NCBI RefSeq assembly: GCF_006345805.1 | Contig: NC_042998.1 | Location: 37,634,001-37,698,000, forward strand | Reading direction: 5' to 3' | Source of the DNA: Octopus sinensis | Lineage: Eukaryota | Length of the DNA stretch: 64,000 bases | Shown: positions 1-11,957 of the stretch, piece by piece | Layout of the letters: each line of letters opens with the position of its first letter | Numbering within the stretch: position 1 is the first letter of the stretch | Notes under the pieces: model-generated | What the model was told of the DNA's origin: nothing | Database searches by the model: none | What the model saw: the letters and a program-made list of their open reading frames with translations, nothing else | Position numbers and translations under genes: made by a program

Positions 1-534
1 TGTTATATCAAAATACATAAGCATAATTCCACAAAGTTTTGGATATAATTATGCCTCGTGCAAATACAACATTGCTAACACAGTCGTCGCAAATTTTATG
101 GTACAAATATATTCTCTAACATGAATGCCGTTATAAATCGTGTCCTGTTATTTTGTATCTGATGACGTGAATAATGTTTTGTCTGGAATCGGAATCGGAT
201 TTTACGGCTATTATCTCGTTTATTGATTTCGGACGAAGTTATTTGAAATATGTATTTACTTCAGTTACTTAAAACATATATTCAACATCATATTTATGTT
301 GGTTTTATGATTAAAACTCCTTCATTTTATATGATTGAAGTGATGAGTTACAGGGTTAGACAAAATGACTGCAGGAATAATTAAAGCGCCAATATCCTCG
401 CTCGGTCAGACACTTATTCGCATTATTTACGATTCTTTAACTGGTTACGGACATGTATTGTTTCTCTTTACTTTAATTTCCATGTTCATACAAATATGAA
501 TACAAAATCCATGGTGATCAATTATATTGAAAAA

Positions 535-850
535 ACTGGCACTCCATCGATTAAGAAGACAATGATTCCAGACAATCTGGTCATTAGAACAGCTTGCTCG
601 TGAAATTAACATACAAGTAGCTGAGCAGGCCTCAGACACGCATACCTTAAGATAATTCTCAGAGATTCGGCGTGACACAGAATCCGACAAGGTTGTCCCC
701 TTAAATTACAAGCGCTACTCATTTTTGCTAATTGAATGAACTGGATTGGCGGGAAATACAGGGTCTTCCTCAAGGACACAACCCACCGACAGCTATCGAA
801 CTTACGACCTTACGATCGCGAGTCGAATAATCTGACCCCTTGACCACACG
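535..850 (-). mobile_element. Degenerate tRNA-derived SINE (family B1)
   Basis: Reverse complement aligns by eye with 51253-51550: tRNA-like head near 850, 'ctactcatttttgc' core, 'gctcgtgaaatt' tail region. Confidence 0.6.
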
Positions 851-878
851 CTTTCACTATATCAATGCTTATTATTAG

Positions 879-1045
879 CGCAGGAGTGGCTGTGTGGTAA
901 GAAGCCGGCTTCCCAACCACATAGTCCCAGTTTCAGTGCCACTGCGTGGCAACAAGAGGGAGTCTCTTCTGCTATAGCCTCGGGCCAACCAAAACCTTGT
1001 GATTTGATTTGGTAGACGGAACCTGTAAGAAGCCCGTCATTTATA

Positions 1046-1082
<37 letters not shown>

Positions 1083-1280
1083 GTACTTGTGTGTCTGTGT
1101 TTGTCCTCCCCACCTTCACTTGAAAAATGATGTTGGTGTGTTTACATCCCCGTAACTTAGTGGTTCGGCAAAACAGACTCATAGAATAAGCTTACAAAGA
1201 ATAAGTTCTGAGGTCGATTTGTTCGACTAAAGGCGGTGCTCCAGCATGGCCGCAGTCAAATGACTGAAAGACGTAAAAGA
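879..1280 (+). mobile_element. tRNA-derived SINE (family A, CORE-like) with internal (TA)n/(TG)n tract
   Basis: Head 'ggagtggctgtgtggtaagaag', body 'ggtagacggaa', tail 'aaggcggtgctccagcatggccgcagtcaaatgactgaaa'; multiple homologous copies in window. Confidence 0.85.
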
Positions 1281-1392
1281 GTGTTATTATCATAAGCGTA
1301 ACATTATGATAGACATTTTAGATTAAATGCCGGTGTTTGTTCATGATTTTTTGGGGAGGAACAAGATGTCTTCCCATACTTCAATCAGCATG

Positions 1393-1395
<3 letters not shown>

Positions 1396-1476
<81 letters not shown>
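1396..1476. repeat. (CT)n microsatellite
   Basis: Pure CT tract of about 80 bp. Confidence 0.95.
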
Positions 1477-1485
<9 letters not shown>

Positions 1486-4400
1486 TAATTACCACGAGAC
1501 GCTTCATGTCTGAGAATCATTAGAAAATCCGGGAGGTGAACGTATTTTCAGAACATGTTCTCGCTAGTTTTTTTCTGTATGTCATTAGTCGATGGGTTAA
1601 TATTGCTTGTGCAATGTTGGCGATGCAACATAAATAATAAATCTTAAATCAAGATAACCGAAGAAATAAATTATTGTTGATAATCACATCGAATGCATGA
1701 CTGAAATGAAAGGTTCGAAGGCATTTTTTTTTTCTATATTGCTGTAATACATTTCATGTTATGCCTCTGATTTATAGAAAAGGCTTTTCAATCGAATGTT
1801 TATTTATCTGAGTTGTAAAGCAAGATCATGAAACGAGAATCAGCTTGGCCTGCGGGGTATAAAACTTACGTAACAAAATGATTAGGGAACGTGAAAACAA
1901 AAACGAATTGCGCGTTCATCTTGGAAAAGATGTAAGATTAATTCAAATGCAATATTTCTTTAGAAGAGAAACAGGAATTGAATGATTTTCAAGGTTGCAG
2001 AAATTATTCAGTAAGTTATACATTATTTACAATACAGAGAAGAAGATATATACTTTTACTCTGGTTATATGAGCTTTCGATTGCTTAAATTGAAAAACTA
2101 TCAATCAAACCAGTTTACTGTTTAGACGACAATCTGGCGTATAGTCGTGATTTACCTTGCCTTTATTGATCCCAAAACAAACATTTTTCTTTCAAAGGCT
2201 AAGTTGACATTTAAAAAGATATCAATGATAGACCAATTCATTACAAAAGAATACACGAAACTCTCACCATACAAAGCAAAGGCAAACAAAGATATTTGCG
2301 TTTAGTTTAAAACCTTTTCATAGCATATTTCTATGCTTATTCTTAAAGTAATGCTATAAGATTGAACTACTTTCTCTATTAGAATTTTAGGAAAATCAAG
2401 ACATGCATCTACCTTAATAAACCTCCACTCCCGTCACTTGTTCTAAATTCGAGAAAGTGCACATAAGAAGAGGAAATATTACTGTGTCTACATTCTTTAA
2501 CTAGCAGGTTGTTCGTTCAGACTTCACTACTTGGCCAAGTGTCCATGCATGCTACAAACTTATACCGCTTCTGCTCAACAATCAACCAATAATAGTTTTG
2601 GATTTGGGTTTTGTTTTACAGAGAAAAGGCTAGTAAAGTTAAATATACATTCATAAGTCATTATACTTATGAATGATCAATCTCAGAATATTTTTCGTTC
2701 TCCCCACCAATACGATTTGATGCTCAATATGAAGTGCGTGCCCAGTTTGGTATTATTAGGCTAAAACAAAACTTAGCAAAGATTCCCCAATATGCAATAT
2801 GTAACTCTACCATATAAGCTCTCATTAGAATTTTTCTTTAACAATGATTGAGACACGGTAAGTCAAAGACCAATATCTTGAGAGACAAATTTAAATCATA
2901 CGCAGGTAACTTAGGTTGGATGTATCAATATTAAAGAAAGAATCTAGGTTTATATTGATGCCAAGTATATTACGACTGTTTCCGCCACAGTCACAGTCGT
3001 ATACAGAGTTTTTAAACATTAAGTCAGCATCTGAGCCTGGAGGGTTTCTCCTACTATGTATTTCAGAGTTTATAAGCGTATGAAATGATACATAATGTGA
3101 GAATTTCCGCCTCTAACCCGAGAAATGACAACAATTAGATCCTAAAGAGAGGGCAAGATACAGATGCAGAAACGTTGCAGAATCTGCAGATGTTTGGTGA
3201 ATGCAGGGGTTAAAAGAATATATTAGAAAAACCGCGAGTTAGAAAAGAGAGTTTTAAAGATAATAGAGAGAGAGTTTAATCTCTCCGCGGTTGTTAATAT
3301 TGATGCGCAAGATGTTTAGGTTGAATATCTATAGGCCGAAGCCAGAAGGCAAAACGTAGGTGGGAAGGGAGTATAAAATGGCTGTGTGTGAAGGGAGAGA
3401 ATGGGTACCATGTGTTGATTCATCCACGTAAATGAGACATATTTTCTGTGAAACAGAATTTCCTGTCAGAGTGACAAAAAGCTAATCGACCGATTAAAAC
3501 GATCGCAAATTTTGAAGTTGGTATGTTTTACAGCAGGCAGACTTTTGCATCCGTTCTGCACTGAACAAAACTAACGAGGTGCAAAACCAATAATGTATGG
3601 GTAAATGTTTAATTGCTTTTTTTTAGCTTTTATTATCAACGTACCAGTGAGCCTAATATTTCTCGTAGGTAGTTGATCATAGAAAATGACTCGGTCAGTA
3701 GATTCTGAATTTGTTTTGTCAGTGTATTTTGGAGTTGGTTTCCGTTTGTGGGAGGCATAGAAGTGTATTACAATGCCTGTATTTCGATGACCATCTCTTC
3801 CACTGTAGAAAATAATTTGATTGGGACGTTAGTAATTTTAAATGACTTTCTCGGAGCCATGTCAGTTTTGAGGCACTAGCACAGAGCTTGGGGACGACAG
3901 CAGAAGGAATTATATTCTATTGATTTACAATTCGGAAGGAGCAGGGTTCTCGATGACAGTTTTCATTTTTTTCTCCAGATAGGGATTCGTAAATTCTAAA
4001 TTACTTTTGTTTTGACTGACTCTAACCATAGTTTATATTGATCTTCGCTTCTAGTCTCTTCTCTACCCATCCCACGAAAATCCGTTCGCTGTTGTAAAGG
4101 AGAGTCAACTACGAGATATCAGAGATCAGGATTTACAACAATGCACCCTATGGGTGGACAGACTTCTGAAGTCTTACCTAAGAATTTGAACATCTAGAAA
4201 CATTATCTAGTTGCCCAACCTGGTGGAAATAGAAGATCGAATCTTTTAATTCTTACCCTACTACTTGAAGTAGAGGAATGTAGTCGAGCACATCTTCGAA
4301 AAGATGCGATACTCACAAATGCAAAACATCATCCTTCCACTGTTCAAATATTCTTCTCACCAATATCATCTAACAGTCAGTAACAGGCTGACAAGTCACG

Positions 4401-5689
4401 CCAACTTCAGAATAAACATATTTTCCTTACCCTAAGCGTGAACATCTTCTTATCCGAATATTTTCACCAGAATGTTTAAGACTAAAGGCACCAAAGGAGC
4501 AGTGTATGGTGATAAAGCTCGTTATGTATGAAACGATGTAATGTTATATTCGTTGAAACATCAGAACTTTGTTATGGACGGATATATGTCCTACATTTAT
4601 ATTCCTGACTCCATTCTTTTGGAAACTAGTGTGAACAACGCAGGGGAATATAGTGAAACAACCAGTCTTACGTCGCTACACTGAACTCCAATAATACTTT
4701 ATAGATTGATTATATCTTTCATTCCCCTGAGACGATAACAGAAAAATCAGACCTGGACTGCAGTCAATTCAGCCAATTATACAGCTTCACTAGAAAATTG
4801 TGGTTTGTACTAACGTAATAAGTCATTATTTCACTGTTAGTTGCCGAGCAACTAACTCTGCTATCATGTTTTCAAAGACCCAATATAAAGCATCTGACGT
4901 TCAAATAATTAGTTATTTACTCAACCATTCTTCTATTTCTTATTACAAACGTATTTTCCTGATATTAAGAAGATATTTTTTATACTTTGACGTGAAAGAT
5001 CTCAAAGATAAGTAACTACAAGGAAATTCAATTAGATAAATGTAAAGCTAAATACATTAAAACTATATTTAAAAACTCGACGCTTTTATTTTTTGAAACG
5101 ACTCCGTTATGGATATATATATATATCAATCAAGCATCGATAAACAGATATATCCATATTACTATATATAAACGCTCCCGTTACTCACACACGCAGAGGC
5201 ACACACACACACACGCATACACATTCAACTTGAAGCTTTTCCATGTCTCTGTTTCTGGTTACTCATACGTCTTATATTATCACACACACAAGTATGATCA
5301 TTTTTGAAGTTGTGTATATTTTAGACACTTCCATTACAACAATATAGAATTAATCAAGAAAGTCAAACAAGGTTATATGATTAACCTCGACCAATAGTTG
5401 AGCGATCTGACTGCTAGACGTCGCCATAGTTACATCGTTGAGTGTTTTGCTTCTTAGCCACATAGTTTCGGTGACGGTTCCGCTTCATAATACCCTGGAC
5501 AAGTGTCTTCTACTGAATCAGGTCGACAAAAATTTGGCAGACGGAAATGGAATCAAGCCTACCGGCGGTATGTGTATAAGGCCATCGTTTACTAACACAC
5601 ACACATTTCAGCTGTCTGTGTGTATGTATGCTGTGTGTGTGTGTGTGTGTATGTATGATGTGTGTGCATGCTTACGTATTTGAATACAG

Positions 5690-5990
5690 TCTCCATCACA
5701 AGCCTGACGCGTTACCCAACGTCGTTTGCATTGATGGCAGCGTTCCTGGAACTCCCTCTTTGGGACAGCAATGCATATGTCGTGCATCTTGTCCACCATT
5801 ACTAGGTCCAGTCTGTTATGCTCTAGCACCTGATCTGTTTGGATTGGGAAATCACAAACAATTTTACTACTCACCGACTCCGCAACTCTGCGCTTTTTTG
5901 CTCATACCACGCCTTGCCTATTTCGTGCCTCAAAATTTCGCACAGTTTCTAATGTAAACACTTTCGCTACCCGATCATGTTGCCACTACA
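5690..5990 (-). mobile_element. R4/Dong-like RLE retrotransposon fragment fused to a possible mariner C-terminal scrap
   Basis: Minus frames give WQHDRVAK and KIVCDFPIQTDQVLEHNRLDLVMVDK..ICIAVP (decayed ILWDF..RPDIV..D endonuclease motif), then REFQERCHQCKRRW..GD resembling a mariner C-terminus. Confidence 0.6.
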
Positions 5991-5994
5991 GTAT

Positions 5995-6510
5995 TATTAT
6001 TATTGTCATTGCCTTTGCACAGCTTCTAACGCTAGAGATGTACTACGGTATCAGCTTTTCACTACCAGTGAACTAAAGTGACACCTCTTATTTTTCGAGC
6101 ACCTTCCAGATAATTCGTGCGGTTCCAAGCAGTGCTATTTTCTGCAAGTGCTCCACCCTTATTGCAGCTTCTATTTGTTCCACGTACTTCTCGAGAATTT
6201 TGCTCACTGTTCCCAGGGCTCCGACAATTATTGGTACTACTGCTACCTTTTTCAACGACCACAATTGCTTAACTTCCCAAGCTAACCTGTCATATCTCTC
6301 GACTTTTCTCTCTTCCTTATCGCATACCTTGTTGTCAGCTGGGCATGCTATGTCTATGATACAGCATAGTTTGTTTTCTTTATTTGTAATGGTGTTAACT
6401 ATTTCAGATTTGGAAGTTTATAAAGTAGTCTACTTTTGTCTCTCGTAGTTGATCATTTTAATCTTAAAATTTCTTTGACTGTCGCAGTTACGGGATAGAT
6501 GTAATACATA
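5995..6510 (-). mobile_element. R4/Dong-like retrotransposon 3' end with (TAA)n tail
   Basis: CCIIDIACPADNKV.DKEERKVERYDRLAWEVKQLWSLKKVAVVPIIVGALGTVSKN; ends in taataata; near-identical copy at 42093-42590. Confidence 0.8.
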
Positions 6511-6780
6511 CATTGTTGTCAGCTGGGCATGCTATATCTATGATCTACATGATTATTATTACTACAATTACTACTACTATTCACTTTTCCCTTAGTTTAC
6601 CCTAATATCGGTCACTCACATGCTATATTCATCCTGAATTCATTGAAAAATACTATGTTGATCCCTGTTACTATAATTTCTATAATATATTTATGTTCAA
6701 CTACTCACATGCAAACATGCAGTCACACACACAGATACATATATATGACACGATATAATAATACTTACCTACATACATAT

Positions 6781-6852
6781 ATAGGGGAAGAATTCACAAA
6801 ATAGAAAAGACGAAGACAGGTGGTGTAGACAACAAACTAATGTATTAGTTTA
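6781..6852 (-). mobile_element. Tail fragment of Penelope-like family C
   Basis: 'gaattcacaaaa..aaaagacgaagacaggtggtgtagacaacaaac..atgtattagttta' recurs at about 30000, 58560 and 60070. Confidence 0.55.
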
Positions 6853-6929
6853 TATATATGTGTGTGTGTGTGTGTGTAACTATGCATGTATGTGTGCATG
6901 TATATATATATATATATATGTATGTATGT

Positions 6930-7159
6930 AATTTTGAGGCACGAGATAGGCAAGACGTGGTATGAGCAAAAAAGCGCAGAGTTGCGGAATCGGAGAGTAG
7001 TAAAATTGTTTGTGATTTCGCAATCCAAACAGATCAGGTGCTAGAGCATAACAGACTGGACCTAGTGATGGTGGACAAGGTGCACCACATATGCATCGCT
7101 GTCCCAAAGAGGGAGTTCCAGGAACGCTGCCATCAATGCAGACGACGTTGGGCAACGTG
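6930..7159 (+). repeat. Inverted local copy of 5708-5937
   Basis: Reverse complement matches 5708-5937 closely; ORFs 5628(+) and 6880(-) give nearly the same peptide. Confidence 0.85.
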
Positions 7160-8460
7160 TATGTATGTATCAAATGTATGCTTCGAAATGAGAAATTCAG
7201 TTTAGCAATCTGTCGAGTTCTGTAGGCCTCTGAGCTTCCACAGTTTTCAGAAATATGTTACCTGTGACTTTTGTGAATGGTTGTGGTGTACAACAGTGCA
7301 ACGCAGTGTTGCTGAAATGTAACGAACTACAGAGCATTCATCTCAGCTTGTTGTTTAACATCGAACCGCCTCATTCATCTATGTCCTTTCAGTTTTGTCT
7401 TAAAGTTTCGTCTCATTCTTAATCAAAAGAAATCGATATTGTTCAACGTTCCGCAAAATCATTTCGCTTCAGTATTACTAAATATTTTCACCGTTCATAT
7501 ATAGTTATATATCGATATTCATTCATATGCATTCGTGCATTAACTCTCTATTAGAAAAACATACATGTCCATCTGAAAGCTTTGATGGATGTAGATGCGT
7601 AGGTGTGTGTTACTGTGTGGTTCTGTACTTGCAACCACAGAGCGTTGATTTGCTCATTGATGCAAATTGGCAACAACGCAAACAAGATTACAGAGGACGC
7701 AGAATATGATAAATGGAGGGGAAAATATGCTATAGGTGAACTTAAATTTGAAAGAAAGAAGCAATATTTATTTATCAAGGAAACAGATTAGTAAATAATC
7801 AAACAAGACTCTTTTATGCTTTCGCAAATGTTTCAAAAAATTATTGGAAGTAGGTAGTCTGTTAGAAATTTCCAGTCTGTGTGTGTATGTGTGTGTGTTT
7901 GTGCGCGCGTGTGTGTGCGCGTGTGTGGTGGGTGTGCATGTGTATGTGTGTCATGTGTGTATGCTTGGGTGCATGCTTGTTTGTGTGTGTATGTTTGTTT
8001 GTGTCCATGTATATGTGTGAGTGTGCGCACATGTACGTAAAAATATCGTTTATATATTATATTATATTTAATGTGCAGCCGAAGACGTAAACGCAGAGAG
8101 CGACTTGGTGAAACAAAAGCTTTTGGAAGAAAAGAAAATGTGTGGGTCATGTATTTTAAGGAGCAAGTTTGCGGGTGTTAACAATAAGCAATATGTAGGG
8201 GAGTGCAGGGGAGGAGAAGATATTACGGGATGTCAATATCACATACACACACAATAGTATATTGATTTGACAAACGATTATATACCACCACAAAAACACT
8301 AATACAAATCCATCTTAGTCCACGCTCTACCTTAAGAGACACATACGTACATACTTCACATGTATATGGATATATAAATCTCATTCTATATTTTTGAGAC
8401 GAGGAATTATGTACATTATTAAGAATGGACGGACAGGTGCCCTCATCTTTTTTGTTATTA

Positions 8461-8505
8461 TCGCAACGTTTCGGCTGATGTACTTTCCAGCCTTCATCAG
8501 GTGTT
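8461..8505 (-). ncRNA. Minimal type-I hammerhead-like motif (stem I damaged)
   Basis: Minus: aacac CTGATGA a ggctg-gaaagtacat-cagcc GAAA c GTT gcga. Confidence 0.55.
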
Positions 8506-8736
8506 CTGGTAGAATTCCGAACACATCCCTTTATTTGACTTGTGAAATACACTGCTCTTTTTCCTAAGATATGTTGCTAAGGTTATTTTTCTGTTCATAT
8601 TATTTTTCACGTCCCTGTCTGGGATTGAACTTAGAAACCGCTCTTATCCATAAAAATAACACCAGCAACATACCTTAAGAATGAGAACAGAGTACCCCAT
8701 TAGTCAGATAAAGGGTTCGGTTCGAAATACGACCAT

Positions 8737-8781
8737 GACACCTGATGAAGGCTGGAGAATACATCAGCCGAAACGTTGTGA
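8737..8781 (+). ncRNA. Minimal type-I hammerhead-like motif
   Basis: gacac CTGATGA a ggctg-gagaatacat-cagcc GAAA c GTT gtga: intact core, 5-bp stem II, cac/gtg stem I. Confidence 0.7.
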
Positions 8782-10196
8782 TAACAAGAAATAAGGTGAG
8801 AACACCATCCGCCCATTGTAAATAATGTATATAAATCTCTGTATTATTTTTTCAAAACACTTAAAAGTCCACCTAGGCATTCACACACAAGAACCAAATT
8901 TATATATATTATACACTAACAAAATAGTTCCGTATAAAGAAAAATCGTTCTGAACAAAGACCAATTTAATTTTATCAATTTTCGCATTGCTTCTTTCATC
9001 TTATTTAATTTTCTATCACACTTCTTCTCATGGTCCTTCTCAATTAACTCGAGATGCAATTGAACCCGGGAGCGAAATATGTGTAAAAAAGCAATGTGGG
9101 AGAAGAAAGAAACTTGAAAGGAAAGGGGCACGTATGTAAAACAAGGCTGGGTATTCACTGGGTTTTAGTTGAAAGGTTTAGCACATATTGATAACGCCCA
9201 GGAGAAGATGCTTCTTTTCCACTTATTCCAACAATCATCGGGTGTTTCAACCCCTAAACTGTAACGTACTTCCCTTTGTGGGTCAGTAGAGATGGCCAAA
9301 TCACCGCTTATCATCTCTTCCCAGCTTCACTCGTCTACCTTGCTCTATAGCCAGCAAGATCTTTTTGCTGTCTCCCAAAGATCTAAGGATATACATATAT
9401 TACTTCCCATTTATAATTACGTTTCTGTAAAGTGTAATTATCAGACACACAAACGTTTCGTTATTCGCGGAGAAGTCAAAATATTCCGTTTAAGACGTTT
9501 CAAACTCGATGTTATATCCTAATATAGGCTAAAAATGTTAATTACATTAGATCCATTCTCTTTAAATAACTCACGTCACATAAATTTGTCTAAATCACTT
9601 GGGAGCAAGAATTTGAGGACGAAATCTTCGAAAAATATATTAGTTCAATGTTATTTGACTCAAATATGTATGGCATGTAGGAATTCCAATTTATATATTA
9701 ATTCTAAATTCAATAAGTCAAATGTTGACTCAAAAGTTTGCACATGAATACACGCGTCAATAATAGAGTAAATAGGAAGAAAAAGGTGAAACAACACACA
9801 CACACATTAAGATCAGCAGAAATATTTCCAATAACGATACAATAAAATAAAACATGGCAAAAGTAAGAAAAGTCAATAGTGACAAAAGCCGATAGCTTAT
9901 TTATAATTTATCAAGAGTTTCGTTCGTGATAATTAGTAAAAAATAATTTCAGAATTTACGGCACCATGAAAAATGGAATTTTCAATCAATGTACGAAGAT
10001 TTAATTTCAAATGAGTGATATTTCACAAACACTAATTTACAATATCAAACGCGATGGCGCTCACGCAAACACACACACACACATGAAACCTGCAAAGCTA
10101 TATGAATTAACTATCAAGCTTAACATAACGGATACATAGATAAACCTCCCTGACTGTACGATCAACTATTGCTCCAGAGCGATGAATGGACTTCTA

Positions 10197-10323
10197 CAGG
10201 GTGTCCACAAAGTCTGGGTACATGGGGATTAACACATACTTTAAGAAATTATTATTTCCTATGTTTAATTCTTTATATCATGATTTTATTTACTCCATGT
10301 ACCCAGACTTTGTGGACACCCTG
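10197..10323. mobile_element. Tc1/mariner-type MITE, 127 bp
   Basis: TIRs cagggtgtccacaaagtctgggtacatgg / ccatgtacccagactttgtggacaccctg; TA on both sides. Confidence 0.92.
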
Positions 10324-10387
10324 TAGTATGCAACTAGTCATCCTACGTCGCTATTTACCCATTGTGTCGCCTGTGTAGATTCACAAC

Positions 10388-10715
10388 AAATAACGACTGG
10401 CACTGCGTTGGTTACGATGACGTGGGTACCAGTCGATCCGACCGACGGAATAGCCTGCTCGTTGAATAAAGGGGCAAATGGCTGAGCACTCCACAAACAC
10501 GCGTGCCCTTAACGCAGTTCTCAGGGAAATTCAGTGTGAGGCAAGATGTGACAAATCTGTCCTTTTTTCAAATAGAGGTCCTACTCATTTTTTCCAGTTG
10601 AGTGAATTGGATCAACTTGAAATAGAATGTCTTCCCCAAGCAAACAACATGCCGCTGAGTATCGAACGCACAACCTTGCGATCGCGACCCAAATACCATA
10701 ATCATTTAGACACGT
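10388..10715 (-). mobile_element. tRNA-derived SINE (family B1)
   Basis: Homologous to 51253-51550 in reverse; B-box-like 'tgagtatcgaac' on the + strand. Confidence 0.75.
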
Positions 10716-10846
10716 GCCCTCGTAAGCTAATAGCGAAATAGATATACGTTGCACTTTAGGTTTTAATTTGCGCTGTTCGTTCCACCTAGACTTTACATGT
10801 ATATATGTATGGAACATGCATGCACATATATGCAAACACGTTCGCA

Positions 10847-10847
<1 letters not shown>

Positions 10848-10881
<34 letters not shown>

Positions 10882-10928
10882 CACACACACAACACACACA
10901 CACACACACACACAACACACACACACAC

Positions 10929-10976
<48 letters not shown>

Positions 10977-10990
10977 ATATATATATATAT
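10848..10990. repeat. (CA)n/(TA)n compound microsatellite
   Basis: Directly visible. Confidence 0.95.
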
Positions 10991-11166
10991 ATATTATATT
11001 ATATTAATTAGAGACAAAACCACTATTATGCAAATCAAACAAAGAAAGACTTAAGCCAATACATAAAAAATTTTATATAAATTAAATATAATTAAAATAA
11101 CCACTACGATCGTTTCGTGTCAGCACTTCTATTTATTCCCTAATATTTATTATTATTATATATATA

Positions 11167-11200
<34 letters not shown>

Positions 11201-11517
11201 TGGGTCACCTTATAGATAATGCGGGTTTTTTTCAATTGCAACAATGAAACGGAAAGTCCGAGGAATATTAATGCAGTGTATGGGGATCGGACATTAAGCG
11301 TAAGCCAGTGTAAAGTGTGATTCCAAAAATTCCGACCCAGATTCTACAACATAGAAGACGAGCCACATCCTGAAAGTTCTGTAGAGTTCGACGAGGACAT
11401 CTTGCAAACCTGTTGGAACAAAATCCCATCGTAACAACAGTTCTATATTTAAGAGATGATGAATTATGTACATTATTTACATTCGACGGATATTTATCCT
11501 CATCTTGTTTGTTGTTA

Positions 11518-11562
11518 TCACAACGTTTCGGCTGATATACCCTCCAGCCTTCATCAGGTGTC
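11518..11562 (-). ncRNA. Minimal type-I hammerhead-like motif, left arm
   Basis: Minus: gacac CTGATGA a ggctg-gagggtatat-cagcc GAAA c GTT gtga. Confidence 0.72.
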
Positions 11563-11659
11563 TTGGGGAAATTTCGAATCTGGGTTCTCATTCCTAAGGT
11601 ATTTTTCGATATTATTTTTATCATTGTTGTTGTTGTTGTTGTTTTTCAGGTCACTGCTT

Positions 11660-11713
11660 GGAATCGAACTCGGAATCTTGGGGTTAGTAGCCCCCACTCT
11701 AACCACTACACCA
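11660..11713 (-). promoter_or_regulatory. tRNA-derived Pol III A/B boxes, left arm
   Basis: Minus: A box tggtgtagtgg, anticodon-like hairpin gggg-ctactaa-cccc, B box gagttcgattcc. Confidence 0.7.
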
Positions 11714-11771
11714 TATGCCTGTGGGCAATTATGGAGCCCTAAAATTTACTCCATAATTGCCCACGGGCATA

Positions 11772-11826
11772 TGGCGTAATGGTTAAGAGCGCGGGCTACT
11801 AACCCCATGATTCCGAGTTCGATTCC
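11772..11826 (+). promoter_or_regulatory. tRNA-derived Pol III A/B boxes, right arm
   Basis: A box tggcgtaatgg (11772-11782), ggg-ctactaa-ccc, B box gagttcgattcc (11815-11826). Confidence 0.7.
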
Positions 11827-11911
11827 AAACAGTGACCTGAAAATAATAAATAATAATAATTACATCAAAAAATACCTTAGGAATGAGAACCCAGGTTCGA
11901 AATTTCCCCAA

Positions 11912-11957
11912 GACACCTGAAGAAGGCTGGAGGGTATATCAGCTGAAGCGTTTTGTT
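11912..11957 (+). ncRNA. Degenerate hammerhead-like motif, right arm
   Basis: gacac CTGAAGA a ggctg..cagct GAAG c gtt: GAAA changed to GAAG, probably inactive. Confidence 0.45.

Larger units (their letters stand above)
8383..8828. mobile_element. Older, internally deleted copy of the palindromic hammerhead-bearing element
   Basis: Inverted arms homologous to 11436-12004; left end 'ttctatatttttgagacgaggaattatgtac', right end 'tgtaaataatgt'; possible TSD atataaatctc (8372-8382, 8829-8839). Confidence 0.75.

Noticed and set aside
159-200. CTGATGA motif
   Set aside because: No stem II or GAAA downstream.
3020-4450. GC-richer stretch that looks like decayed coding or transposon sequence
   Set aside because: All frames are broken and no motif could be assigned.
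7641-7735. Possible 95-nt exon (ALICSLMQIGNNANKITEDAEYDKWRGKYAI)
   Set aside because: Only moderate splice signals and an unrecognised peptide; expected by chance in 64 kb.
11765-11835. Possible true tRNA gene with ACT anticodon
   Set aside because: A/B boxes and an anticodon-like hairpin exist, but the acceptor and T stems do not pair; tRNA-derived head only.
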